A stretch of 64,000 nucleotides of DNA from assembly GCF_009914755.1 (NCBI RefSeq), contig NC_060928.1; one strand, 5' to 3'. Position 1 is the first letter of the stretch. Each line of letters begins with the position of its first letter. Position numbers and translations under genes: made by a program. The stretch is from the human T2T-CHM13v2.0 reference genome, Homo sapiens. Shown piece by piece: positions 1 to 13,140 of the stretch. Below the pieces are notes generated by a model, which was given only the letters and a program-made list of their open reading frames with translations, ran no database searches and was not told the DNA's origin.

Positions 1-1477
1 TCAAATGCAAACTATCTCAAGTGATTATATAGTTTGATTTAGGAGAATGGAAACTTGGAAACCAAAAGAAAGCAAAACTTGAAGGGTGGGAGTTGACACG
101 CATCAATAATTTCTTTTTGGCCTATAAATTTTTTCCTGTTTTATTTTACACTTACTCCATGAATTCAACTGTATTCATTCAGATATCCAAATAGAATTTA
201 GTATCTAAAAATGTTTATGTGCTTTCCTCCTCCTTAGCAACCCAACTGCTTTTGATTGCCTCCCAGAAAATGTGCCATTTTTCCTTCTGTTTATTTCTCT
301 GGTATATCAGCATTCATCTGTGTGAGTCTGCTTTCATGGAAGTCTTTCAGTATTCCACACAAGGTTTTGCTGGGGGAAGGAAGGGTTCTCACTGACAATC
401 ATGTGTAGTAGACCAAAGCTGAAGGTTTGTAGTAAGAACCAAACATTAGGACCGTCTCTTGTCGGGGAGCTCTGAGAATGTTTATAGTATATTCTGTTAG
501 GAAATGTCTGCAGGAAGGAAAGTCCCCAATAAAGTTTGTTTGGAATTAGTTGTAACCTCCTGGTTTGAGGATATTGTGCTATTTGAGGATGACATCAGGT
601 AGGAATAAAAGACAGAAATAAGACCAAAAATGTGTTTTACTTTCTTTATAGGCAGCCAAGAATAACTTGCTCTGCATGATCATGGAACCACTTCAATAAA
701 ATGTTTAAATCTCAGGATTTTATGCATAATAAACCCACAGGAGCATTTAAGCCCTGAACAACCTCCTTTTCTTAAGCCAACCACATAAATCACCACTGCA
801 CAAATCATAGATTATGTGTACCTGAAAAATATGTTCAAACAAGTATTAACAGGTATGATATATTACATATCATTTATTCTTTTGAATGGGCTTGATAAGA
901 ATAACCGGGTACTTGAATCCCTCCTATAATATCAGAGCCCTTTATTATTGACATCATCCTGTGCCAAAGAAACAAGAAACAAAATGATTGGCTTGAACAG
1001 TATGTGTTCTTTGATATAATTGTGATATAATTGTCAGAAATAGCTTTAAAACAGAAAAATCACCAAAAAATTAAAAAGAATCAACATACTGTTTCAAAAT
1101 TAATTATAAAGCTACCACATGATAGTAAATGGAACCAGTTATTTTATAAGTAAAATGTGACATGGGTGATTAAGACGGTCCTACGAACGATACTATCTGT
1201 ACTTCCCATTACCCAAAGAATCTCTTTAGTTCAACTGAAGAAATATACTAAACCAACATACACTATGAGAATTAGATATAATTTAATAAACACTACAGTC
1301 AAAACCAATTCTTACCCTCCAAACAGATAAACCAGAGTAAGCTGAAGTAGATTTGAGATACATCTGCAGATTTCTTGACATAATGTAGCTCAACTCCACT
1401 ATATAAAGAAAATAATGATGTCGGATTATATAAAATTTGGCTGGCCTCATGCGTTCTGCATGAAAAGGCCTCATTCA

Positions 1478-1740
1478 TACTTTGGGAGGCTGAGGTGGCA
1501 GGTCACCTGAGGTCAGGAGTTCGAGACCAGCCTGGCCAACATGGTGAAACCCCGTCTCTACTAAAAATACAAAAATTAGCCTGGTGTGGTGGTGGGTGCC
1601 TGTAATCCCCCCAGCTACTCAGGAGGCTGAGGTGGGAGAATAGCTGAAACCCAGGAGGCAGAGGTTGCAGTGAGTGGAGATCTCACCATTGCCCTCCAGC
1701 CTGGAGGACAGAGCAAGACTCTGTCTCAAAAAAAAAAAAA
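1478..1740 (+). mobile_element. AluS (Sx-like), 5' end scrambled or truncated
   Basis: Canonical Alu dimer text from ACTTTGGGAGGCTGAGG through TACTAAAAATACAAAAATTAGC to GACTCTGTCTC(A)n. Confidence 0.95.
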
Positions 1741-1907
1741 GAAGAGAAGAGAGACAAGAAAAGAAAAGAAGGAAAAGGAAAGACAGGAAAGGAAGGAAGG
1801 AAGGAAGAGAGAGAGAAAAAAAAAGAAAAAGAAAGAGAAAGAGAGAGAAAAGAAAGAGGAAGGAAGGAAGGAAGGAAGGAAGGAAGGAAGGAAGGAAGGA
1901 AGGAAGG
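1741..1907 (+). repeat. GA-rich tract ending in (GGAA)12, derived from the Alu tail
   Basis: Near-pure purine tract; consecutive GGAA units at 1858-1905. Confidence 0.95.
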
Positions 1908-4439
1908 GCAGGCCTTATTTTGAAGAAAGCAAGCACCTTATCCAGCCAGTCAAACATTAAGTTGCAGGGGAAATGGAATAACCAGGGGCAGGAGAGTTCA
2001 TAAAGTTATCAAACAGCCAGAAAGGAGCTACAGGATTCCCTGGGCATTCAAGAGACTGCAGGAGAACTCTGCCTTGGAGTAAGAAATACTGAAAGACACA
2101 GGGAAGCCATGAATAGGACAAAGATGGCCCAAAGGAAACTTCCTCCCTCTCATTTTGGGGTAGAGCCCATGCTATTCCAGATCAATCTAATTTTAGGTTA
2201 TTTTCTACTGCTTACACTAGTCTTAAATTTTTTTTTTTCTAAATTACCTCCACTTACCCTGTCTCTTTTATAAAGATGAAGGAGGGAAAAGATGTCAATG
2301 TATTTTCAATTCCTTAGAATGAAGACTCTCAATAAAGAACATTATTTTTGGTTCTGCTATTATAATTCCACTGATTCTTTTGAGAATATCTTGAATATAT
2401 TCATCTAATTATCACAGAGAAAAACATATCATGACTTGGATAGCTTCTTCTGCCTAAGCCAATCTTTAATTTTCAAAATCAATGCAAGTCCTTCAGAAGG
2501 TCATATATTCAAGGCAGCCGTGGTATCACGACAGGAAATTCACAGAGTAAGCCTGATATCTGAAGTGTACTCTATGCTTTGCCCTTGAAGATGTGATCTA
2601 TAAATAATAGTTCTCTCTGGGTATAGCTTAACACAAAGACTTCCAGCCCTATCCTATGTTTGAGAGCTGTTGCACTTCCTTAAGCAAGTGCATATACTCA
2701 TCTTCCCATTGTTGCTACAACAACAACAACAAAAAAAGGCGTAAACATGAAAGGAAGACTCCATATGACTATACATGTGCCAAATTGAACTCCAGGAAAA
2801 TCCAAGCCTCTACACATAAAGCCTCACCCAGCTGCTCACTTTGCTAGTTCTTATGTAGTAAGGAACAACCTCACCACTTTCCTCACACCCACCCAAATTC
2901 AAACCCACTCACAAACTTCACAGGGTGTGCTTAAAAGACTCATTTCAATTCTCAGATTATAAGTAGGAAAACTAATTAGACTGTATCTATCCTCTTCACT
3001 ACAGTTTTGTTCCTGAGAACAGACAGAGGCCCAGAGTCAAACATTCATATCATTTATCTTTACTCAAGCACATTCACAGTATTCCCTTTACTCTTTCTGC
3101 AGTTTACATGCTTAATTTCTTAAACATAGTATTAGAAAACCATTTCAACTAAAGATAGAATATTTAAAAGAAGGAAGCCCCATTCATAAAATTGTTATTT
3201 CCTCCTAGAAACAGCCACAGCAATTCCCAATAGGGACAGCGACAAACCCCATCTTTTGAGTGTGGTTGTAGTTGTCTTTTTCTTAATTATTATTATCAGT
3301 CTGAGGTTGTTCTGATGGTTGTTGTTGTTGATTTTAGGTGAAGAGTCCATATTATGCCTATAGACAAAAATTATGATTCTTTAGACATTAAACATATCCC
3401 AGGCATATATAAAAAGAAGTGAAGAGTTTCTAAGCTGAGGAGACATTGACGCTTTGTTTATTTGGAAGATAGTTTATAGGAAAGAAGAAAATATGATTTC
3501 TATCTAGATTAGGCCCAATCTATTCAGTACTCCGGGCTCATCATATCTGGCTGGAATCTGAGAATTGCAAGGAAGGAAGGCAAAATGCGAGGAATAGATG
3601 GATATATTTAGAAACGGGAAAGGAAGGATAAGAGGGCAGAATGGAAAGGAAGATAGCATTGGGGATATTTTGGAAAAGAAAACATTAAGAGCTTTCACAC
3701 AGGAAGGTAGTAAAATGGTTAAAAAAAAAAGTTACTTTCTCCCATTCTCATTCATCTCAAACATTGTGTCCCACTGAATATTGTTCATTATTATAAACAA
3801 AGTATGGCAATGTCTGAAACACAGTCTATTAGGTTATTGAATTAGCAGATGCAATCCCTCTCAGGACAAAATATGGATTCTGCCATTTAGACATGGTAAA
3901 CACTCTTTTATTTCTTCTTAAATCATTTTGTTTTAATACTGGAATAACTGTTCTTTAGAGAAAATATAATGAAGAAAATAGTTATTTAAAATGTGGGTTT
4001 TATTGTCTTTCCCTCTTGTGCTAACTCAAATAATTTGCTCTTTGTTCTATAGGTCTTATTATATCAAAGCAAAATTATTTGTTTATATGGCTGACTCCAA
4101 CTTTTTTTTGAGACCTCAAATAACAGATTTCATGTCCTATTAACCTGTATACCCTCTAGCTTACTATTAGTGAATAAATGAGCTCAAAAATATTAACCTT
4201 TCTAGGCAGAACTTTGACTTCTGCCGAGGCTTCATTCTGCCTAATAAGGATCTATAATTACAAGAAAAGATAAATGTATTAACACGAATTTCAGGAGTAG
4301 CTAGTACTATATATCTGCATTTCCATTATGTATAAGAATTTCTGAATCTTATTTTTATTGCTTACTTTAAATATACAGTAACTTTTTTTAAAGTCAGGAA
4401 TATAGTCTGTGTTTATACCAACACCACACTTTACATACT

Positions 4440-4648
4440 TATAATGTTTCACAATTGTGAAGATACTTTCATACAGATCATCTCTTTTATGCTTCACAAT
4501 CTATGAGGAAGTTAAGAAAGATGAGGAAACTGGAACTCAAAGGCCTTAATGACTTGGGCAACTTTGCATGTTTAGAGTGTGGAAGAGTCAGGATGAGGTT
4601 TTCTCAGTCATAATCTAACACACTACCTACTACCCCACACTCCCTCTG
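4440..4648 (-). mobile_element. MIR-family SINE fragment
   Basis: GATGAGGAAACTGGAACTCAAAGGCCTTAATGACTTGGGCAA resembles the reverse complement of the MIR core. Confidence 0.7.
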
Positions 4649-5544
4649 AATTGGTAACTGAAAAGACAAGTCATAGAACAGGAACATGCTATCTTGAATA
4701 AAAGATTTCTATGGACCTCAATCCCAAATGCAATAATTTATACTTAGTTTGATTGGTCCGCTAATTTAACAGTATAATCCCAGAAAGTTCTCTGAAGAAA
4801 AACAAGAAAATCACATCCAAGCATGTCATACTGTATTCTTTAGTGTAGAAAGAAGGCTCTTCTATTATCAACAATATTCAGGAGAAAGAATTCAATGTGA
4901 TTGGAAGGCATTTGGCTTATAGATGCACAGCCATAGTTAGTATTTTCTGTTATCTTTACAGTTCTATGCCAGTCATGCTCAGTTAGAGAACTTGAAACCC
5001 AAGGAGACAGTCCCATCAGAACAAAGATGTCTAGCTAAAAAAAACAAACTACATTTGGCTCATTTAAATAGATAAATGTGGTTATGGACACTAACCACTC
5101 CACGCTTCCCCACCCACTTCACTCAGCTACTTTGAATGTTATGCATCTCATGAAAGCAGACTATAACTAATATTTTCTAACAATCTCTTCCAGCTTCTTG
5201 ACCCCACCACACTAACTGGTTGCATAGCAATCAATATTCAGACTTCTTCAATTATATAAAAAATATTTATGTATCTTAGAGATGTTAAGATAAGGAGGAA
5301 AATGGGTTGATGCCTTGTTTTTTGCCTTTCAGTACTCAAATACTTCTTTTCTCTCCCAGTAAGAGGAAACCTTATCTCATCATGCTAAAACTTCAAAATG
5401 TCAAAGGTTTATATCTGAGGGGTATGTTAAAGATTATTCAATCAATGTTACATCCATTTGGGTAAAAATGATTTCAGCCTTAATCACCATTATATTACTA
5501 GTATCTACCCAAGTGCCTGGAATTGGTTAGCTGCCCAATAAATA

Positions 5545-5627
5545 GGAAAGGAGAAAGGAAGGAGGGAGGAAAAAAGAGAAAAAGAAAAAAGAAAAAGAAA
5601 GGAGGGAGGGAGCAAGGGAAGGAGGGA
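5545..5627 (+). repeat. GA-rich low-complexity tract
   Basis: Near-pure purine run. Confidence 0.8.
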
Positions 5628-8600
5628 ATAATTTGCCCTAGGAACTCAGTAATTCATTTATTTCAAGGTGTTTGGGGCATGAAACACACAATAGAATAAA
5701 AGCAATTAGCAGAATAAAGTACTTTGCTCTTTATTCCTCTATTCCATAGTAAAATATTCATGTTTGCCCCCAAAATTTGTGCTTTACTTCCTTCTTTACA
5801 TTTTGGTCATTAGCCATTTAATGGAAGTTGATTGTACTAAGAAATAAAATCTGGGTAACTAACGTAAACATTGTCTATAGCAGATCCTAATGTGATAATT
5901 CTTGTATTTTATCTTACCATCTAATTCTTTTACATCATTACTAAAAGTCAGAATATAATATTTGAGTATGCTTGCTGTTTGTTAACATAATTTAAATTTG
6001 TATTCTGTATTTATGATGTCCGGTCTACATATGTCCAAACCAAGGAAGCAATGTGCATGCAGGATCAGCGGCTCCTAGAAATTGCAAGCAAATAAAGGAT
6101 TTGCATAGTAAGTTCACAGTTTCCTGTGATTCTGCTCTGCATTCTATTTTTGTGTGCTTTATAGAAAATATATTCTAGTATCTAAAATGTGGTTTGTTTC
6201 TTCATTTGTCAAATTCAAAGTTTGCTCAGCGGGATAATGTGAGTAAGTATGAAAGAACAGTTTACATGATAAAATACCAATCTTCTAACCATGAGACTCC
6301 TTTGGAACCCCAAAAAGGTAAAATCAAATTGTATTTTCAGAAAATTAACCCAATACGTTTCAGATTCTTCTCAGTCACCTCTCTTACCACCACCATATCC
6401 AATTCTAACAGATTCTTTGATTTCTCATTCTCTACTTTTTCACAATAGACAATTCTCCTTTTGTGAGACTGACCAGCAATCGCAAATCACCAAGTCATTT
6501 TCCCACAGTCATTTGGAGCTCCTTGCTTTTCACTGACGGACTAATTAACATGAGCCAGTATGTTACGTGCATTGTATTTAATGATGATACTTTGGCCTGT
6601 ACCATCTTCTCTCATGTTAACACTAAACATTATTCCATAATTGCATTTTATCTTTTTAGAGAGAGCTTCATCCAAAGTAGATCAGGGCAATACGAAAGAC
6701 TCACTCTCCCAATTTTGAAAGCACTAGTGAAATGTGAGAATCAATATTTATCCTCCTTCAACATATATCTGTCAATGCAGAAGACCAAGTGTATATTCAC
6801 TATTTTTAGTCAACTCTTATCTAATGATGCTCTTATCATCTGAGTAACTAGAACCATGAATTTTCTGGGGTTTTTGATGACATCGACCGCTGAATTTATG
6901 CCAGATTTCTCTCTTGTTCATAACTATCATACAGGCAAAGCATCAACCACATTTGTTCAGCTCTATCCTAGACAGTAGCTCCACTAAAAAAATAATTAGA
7001 TATATCTGTTTCCTATTTTACAAAGCTGGCATTTTGCTTCCGGCACTCTTCACTGCATTAACGCCTCTCTCAATTAGGCAGTGAAAACAGAGAGGGAAAA
7101 TATGCACAGACTGTGCTCTGGCATTTCAACAGCAGGGCCTCCAGTCAATTTCTGCAGAGCTCCTTGCCTCCTGATTTAATCCCTCTTGTCAGTTGCTCAT
7201 CATAACTGTATAAGTATGTTGCATTTACTTTACAATTCAATAGTTCTCCAACAGGAAAGAGTATATCTACTGATGTATAATCCCTGAGCAAAGCTTGAGC
7301 TATAAGAAAGCAATTACCGAGTCTATTTTGTTTTGAAATCAGGCCATGTATGTTCACTCTAATTGTCAAGGTATAATAACTTATGATAAATTTTATATCA
7401 TATATGTAGAAAGAGAGAAAAAGAAAGAGAGAAGAGTGGTCATCTCTAAGTTTACTTAATGATACCTAAGCTCATAAAATGAGAACACGAGCAACAGATT
7501 TACAAAGCCCAGACTTGGGATTCCCCATCGTTATCTGAGAAAAATCAGATCTTGCCTTAACAAATATAACCAGCACTATAGAACTGAGCATGAAAAGCGG
7601 CATTCGTTCTTTACATGAAATCTTTCTCTATCAGGATAGAAATGAGACTAAAGGCTTGAGATAATTGCCCTTCAATATGATATATATTTTGTATCTACTA
7701 CTTGTCTTTTTGTTAAAAACAAAATGAGTGGAAACCTAAGATTCCATACACAAATTCATATTGAGGGCATATGTATCCTGCCATTTAATATTCCATTCTC
7801 ACTCACTTTCTCTATCTCCTTCATTCTGCTTACATCTCTAACTTATATTATCAGCTTTAACTCTTTTCTTTCACTTCCAATTGAAACATCATTTTTTTCC
7901 ATTTTCACTAAAACTTTATTTTATTGCCAACTCCTCTCATTTTTATTTTTCTCCTTTTCACTCAAAATAATGAAAAAAAGGAAAACATTAGTTCACGGCA
8001 TTCTGGATTAGTAAACAAAGTTTGAACCCACAGCTGTGGTCATCTTTCTTAATGCATTTACTTAAGTATTACCTCAGGATTTAAACCAGAGACTAGGGAC
8101 TTTTTTACTCTATAGCATAAATTATTTGAAAGAATAAATTATTTATTAATAAACTCAAATGTAACTAATATGAATTCACATCTCCTAGTCATCAGAAACC
8201 AGAATTTAAAAGAAAAAATGTCTTATATTAATGAAGAAGGACATCGATCTTAGCAAAATCCACCATTCAGTACATGAGGCAAAGGAAGTAAAGAGAGATT
8301 CTGTGTACAGCAACTCCAGACGTTTTCATATGCCTTTTGTCAATAACAGCAGCAGAGTATAGACTCATTAATGGAAATGAAGCACTTTGGATATAAAAAC
8401 CAAATACGTGACACAGCTTTCACCATCCAAGAGCCAAAAATTCAATGAGGAGATAAAACACACAATCAACAAAAGTAGAGAAAATAATGAGAAATTGCAA
8501 GATAGACATGGAGAGATGTGAAGCTTGCACTGTGATTGTGCTGACAGGTGAATAAATAAGAAAAAAACATACCCAATGTCCCTTTGTCTTCCACCAAGGA

Positions 8601-8709
8601 AAAGGTGCCAGGCAGAACTGGACCTCCAGCAACCCAGAAAACTGAAAGCTTTGTAAGTGTTCTCCCGGTCTAATTTTTGGTTTAAGCACAATAGAATATG
8701 TACCGGCTT

Positions 8710-8950
8710 ATTCATTAATTTCACAGTTATTTGTGTCTCTCAGTCACTAGCCACTGTCCTAGCAACAGGGAGCTTACATATCACTTGACCTTGTTGGTTT
8801 CAGCCTACTAAGGAAAATGAACACCTAAAGAGACAATTACAACATAAATAGTTAGAGGGATGCTGAGACTGTGTGGGATGATGCAAGAAGGCCCCCTAAA
8901 CTTAAATTTGGGAAGGATTCTCTGAAAAGGAAGAAAAAGAAAGCTGAGGG
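8710..8950 (-). mobile_element. L2 3' region fragment
   Basis: TTCATTAATTTCACAGTTATTT...CACTGTCCTAG...GACAATTACAAC resembles a reverse L2 3' end. Confidence 0.5.
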
Positions 8951-9040
8951 CCAACATGGCCCAAACCACAGCCCTTCCAAAGGATCTGGGACATTAGAAC
9001 AATTGTAAACTGAGGTCGTGCGTGTCACCCCTTTTGCCTT

Positions 9041-9068
9041 CTCTCCTCTCTCTCTCTCTCTCTCTCTC
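9041..9068 (+). repeat. (CT)n microsatellite
   Basis: Dinucleotide run seen directly. Confidence 0.9.
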
Positions 9069-9160
9069 CATCATCCCACACCCCACCCCGTCTCACTCAC
9101 GTTCCATGTTTCCCATATTACAAAACCCTAAAGTAAGTGACAGGGCTCCCAGGTTTGGCC

Positions 9161-9261
9161 TTATCTCTGTCCTTTGGTGGGGTTCCAGTGTGTCTTAGGT
9201 ATGATGGATTGGTGGGGTACCTGCCAAGACACACTGGAACCCCACCAGAGGACTGAGATGA
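9161..9261 (+). repeat. Long inverted repeat (36-bp stem, 29-nt loop), pre-miRNA-like
   Basis: 9161-9196 pairs with 9226-9261: 33 Watson-Crick pairs (22 uninterrupted), 2 G.U and 1 U.U when read as + strand RNA. Confidence 0.9.
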
Positions 9262-9647
9262 TTTATGTGAAAGTTTTGGAATAGGTAGAGGAAACCATGG
9301 GAAAATACAGAATTGTGTAAGTCATGGATATTGGTTCTTCACCAAGGCTCATAGACTCGTACCTGGGCTCAAAGAAAGAAAAGGCTGTAAACTGAAGCTC
9401 AGGGAGCTCTTTCCTGAAAATCTCTTACACTCAGAAGCACACAAGAAGAGCCACTCTGATGTCCAGCTAACAACAAAAGGCTTGTTTACTACTCAAGAAC
9501 AAGGATATTAGTGACAGACAGATATACTCCAACTTCTTCAAAGAAAATAAAGAACTTTTTAAAGTTGTTATTTATATTATCATATCCTGACAGAATTTTG
9601 CAAAACAAAGGCCTTTGTACCTGTTGGGGTCTCTCGCTCTCTCTTGA

Positions 9648-10221
<574 letters not shown>

Positions 10222-10317
10222 TTCTACAGTAATATGTGGTCATTTGGTACTTTTATATCTGTTGTCCCTGTCACTGTCTAATTTTTCCATGTGCCTGCCT
10301 CCCTAATAACCTCCTAC

Positions 10318-10375
10318 TCAGTGATGATTACATAGTAGGAACTCAATAAATACCAGTTGACTGAAATGAATGAAC
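10318..10375 (+). mobile_element. L2 3' terminus
   Basis: CATAGTAGGAACTCAATAAATA...GAAATGAATGAA typical of the L2 tail. Confidence 0.65.
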
Positions 10376-11506
10376 CTTCACAGCAATGCGTGTTTTTACT
10401 TTTTCTAAATTCTTTAAAGTTGAGGCAACTGCACGCTTTCCCATGTGGACCTCCCTCTGTGAGCAAACAGAACAGGCCAACAACCAAAGGCAGAATTTGG
10501 CTCAAAGGGAGAAAATGTGTTGAACAGAGTTATTTATTAAGAACAATCCAATCTGAGAAACATACTTAAAGATAATTTATCTTCCCTTCTGTTGCATCCA
10601 TTTTCCTCCAGGGAAGCTTTATAACTGTGTATAAATGTTTGTAAACTCTTGCTTTCTCCATGGTTACAAGCTATGAGATCCTATTTATTTATACTAAGAG
10701 GTTAAAACTGAGGCTATTATCAACCAGAGATATACTAAGATAATGGTACTCCACTGATATTATTTGGGGCAAATATTTGTCAAAAATATAAATTGAAGCC
10801 TATCTAAATGAGTTGGACTTTATATTTCCTTCAACAACCTTAAATACTGACAGAAAAAAAGGTCTTAAAGCAGAAGAAAAACCACAGGCAAAATAACTAT
10901 GACAATATACAGCAGAGCAGGATAGGAAGTAAGAAGGAACACAAACAGCAGGGAATGAGATACTCTGAATGGCTTGCAGCATCCAAGAAGAAAAGTCCAG
11001 CTTGGAAAGTTTGTACTCTACAAATCAGGGTCTGGCAAACGGCACAACGAAGGAGGCTGGCATCATGTCCCTGGACTAAGTCTATTGCCCAAATGCTTTA
11101 CATTTGAAGGTCCTGAGGTATTTGTGAGAAGCTGAACGAACGTTCATGGTCAGCTCAGAAATGTTGGTGTGTTGAGGCCAGAATGCATTCAATCTCCTCA
11201 TTTCCTAACTTGAAGACAGGAAACTGGAAAAGCTTCATAAAGTATAGGGGAGACAGATTTCTTGTTTAAATGTAACAGTATGTTTCTCAAAATATTTAAA
11301 TGAGCTAGAGAATAAATCTCTTAACTAGAAAGTTAATAAACCAAATGTGAGTGTTTTATCCATTTCTGAATTTAGTGTAGTATTTTCCCTAAATACTTTA
11401 CAGTTTTAAAAGGGTAGAAAATAACAACAACAAAAAATAAATAAAAGAATTTTCTTTTTTCTTTTACCCACACATGGTGGAAGTTTCCAGAAGAAAAGAG
11501 AACCTC

Positions 11507-11700
11507 ACATTTGATGAGCATTTACTACATGACGCTTGTGGGATCCTTCAAAAATGATATTTCATTTAATCAGAGTAATCCTGTGAGATAAGTACTGATA
11601 ACTCCTTTATACAAATTAAAAAACAGATCCCCAACACACATAGCTAGCGAGTACCAGAATTTGAAGCCAAATTTCTGTACTTACTTCCGTATACTATGCT
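11507..11700 (-). mobile_element. MIR fragment
   Basis: GAGCATTTACTA...TCATTTAATC...CCTGTGAGATAAGTACT...ACACATAGCTAG resembles reverse MIR. Confidence 0.65.
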
Positions 11701-12543
11701 CGCAGTTCAAAAAAAAAAAAAGGAAAAAGCATTTTCCTGATTTGTTTTCATTTTCAATGTTTTTTTCTCAGAGAAGTCCAAAGTAAAAAGAAGTACTGTG
11801 TTAGAACTTTTCAAAGATTCTGGCATTTCTTCTTCTTTTTAAATGCAGACTAAGCGAACAAACCTCCTTCAATATATTTGCAGTCCTTCTCATATTCTAC
11901 ACAATTAAATTCAGGCTAAGATAGCAAAATGTATTATTTTAGATGTACATTATTTAACAATGAAATAGAAAATAAAACATCTAACTGGTCTCAGATGTAA
12001 CTAAATATAATAACTTCTGGCAAAAGTATGCACAACATTTACTATAGTTTTGGAGGTTTTATATTTTTAGTTTCTTAATCATAGTTTAGGGAATGTTTCT
12101 GAAGTACAAATCAAGAGATATTCTTTCCCTTTTTTGCCTAATGATTTCTGACTTTGAGGCTATCATGATGATACTAGGAAAAGAAACAAGGTTGTACAAA
12201 CTCTTCTGCATTGAAATTTAAGGTGGTTGTACATAATTTTCCTGTTAGGTGACCATGACTGTTCATACTGATAGGTTGCTAGGTCTACATAGCTGATGTA
12301 AAGTATACCTGACACGTGAGGATGAAAAAAAAATGCAAGTATTCTTATTCCAGCAGGAATAGGAATGGGAGTCAGCCAATATTACTTCTCCAAAAGCATT
12401 GGCCCATACCCAGAATCTCCATCCATATCCCAAAGTCTTCTTTAGAAAAATCTCAAAGATGTTCTTTCCTATTCATTGAGTGCCACTGCAGGAGGATCCA
12501 TTCCTTAGTTCTCTGCAATGCTGAAACTCTGATTTCCTCTGGG

Positions 12544-12572
12544 AAAAAAAAAAAAAAAAAAAAAAAAAAAAA
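12544..12572 (+). repeat. (A)29 homopolymer with no SINE/LINE body
   Basis: Seen directly; no Alu or L1 3' sequence upstream. Confidence 0.9.
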
Positions 12573-12639
12573 CGCCAAGGGAGGGAAGAGGTGAAACAAT
12601 TGCTACAAAAAAATTTTACTTAAGGTAAAATCATATGTT

Positions 12640-13140
12640 TTCCTCCATTGGTCATATTAACGTATGGTGCATTAAAATTTAATCTCATAAGTCTTTATTA
12701 TTCAGTCATTTAATCACACGGAAAGTGTGGTAATTTAATTAAAACAAGTAACATAGGTTAGCTATCCCTTGGGATACAAACCTAGGAAAATGATCTAATC
12801 CATTGGGTTTCCATTGTAAAAATGTATTAATATTAGGCCACAAGACCACAGCAGAAAAAAATGCTGCTCATTTGCAAAGCAGTGATGTGGTGCAGAAACA
12901 ACTTGAGTTCAGGGAGCCAAAATGTACACCATTCTTTCTGGAATGAGTAGAGAGTTTCTAAGGGATTCTGCCACCTCTGCTCTCATAGTGGCTAGGCAAA
13001 TGCTGCAGGAGATGCATTTTCAGAGATAAGAATCGCACTCTGATTAGAATATATTTGCTGACAGTTCGCATTATGATAGAGGGCCTACTGAATGAACTGC
13101 CAACACAGGAAGCCATTTCTTCAGGGCATAATAGCTCATC
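12640..13140. promoter_or_regulatory. Candidate developmental enhancer (homeodomain P3 and EBF-type motifs)
   Basis: No recognisable repeat; TAATTTAATTA at 12731-12741, TATCCCTTGGGATA at 12763-12776, several TAAT/ATTA cores. Motif evidence only. Confidence 0.3.

Noticed and set aside
330-640. Possible ancient LTR (AATAAAGTTTGTTTGG motif)
   Set aside because: No termini or family-diagnostic sequence that I can support.
1619-2003. 96-112 aa ORFs rich in K/E/G/R or F/L/P/S
   Set aside because: Translations of the Alu tail and GGAA microsatellite, not genes.
6194-6843. Three overlapping ORFs of 81-126 aa
   Set aside because: No recognisable domain, mostly non-ATG starts and no consistent exon structure; expected by chance.
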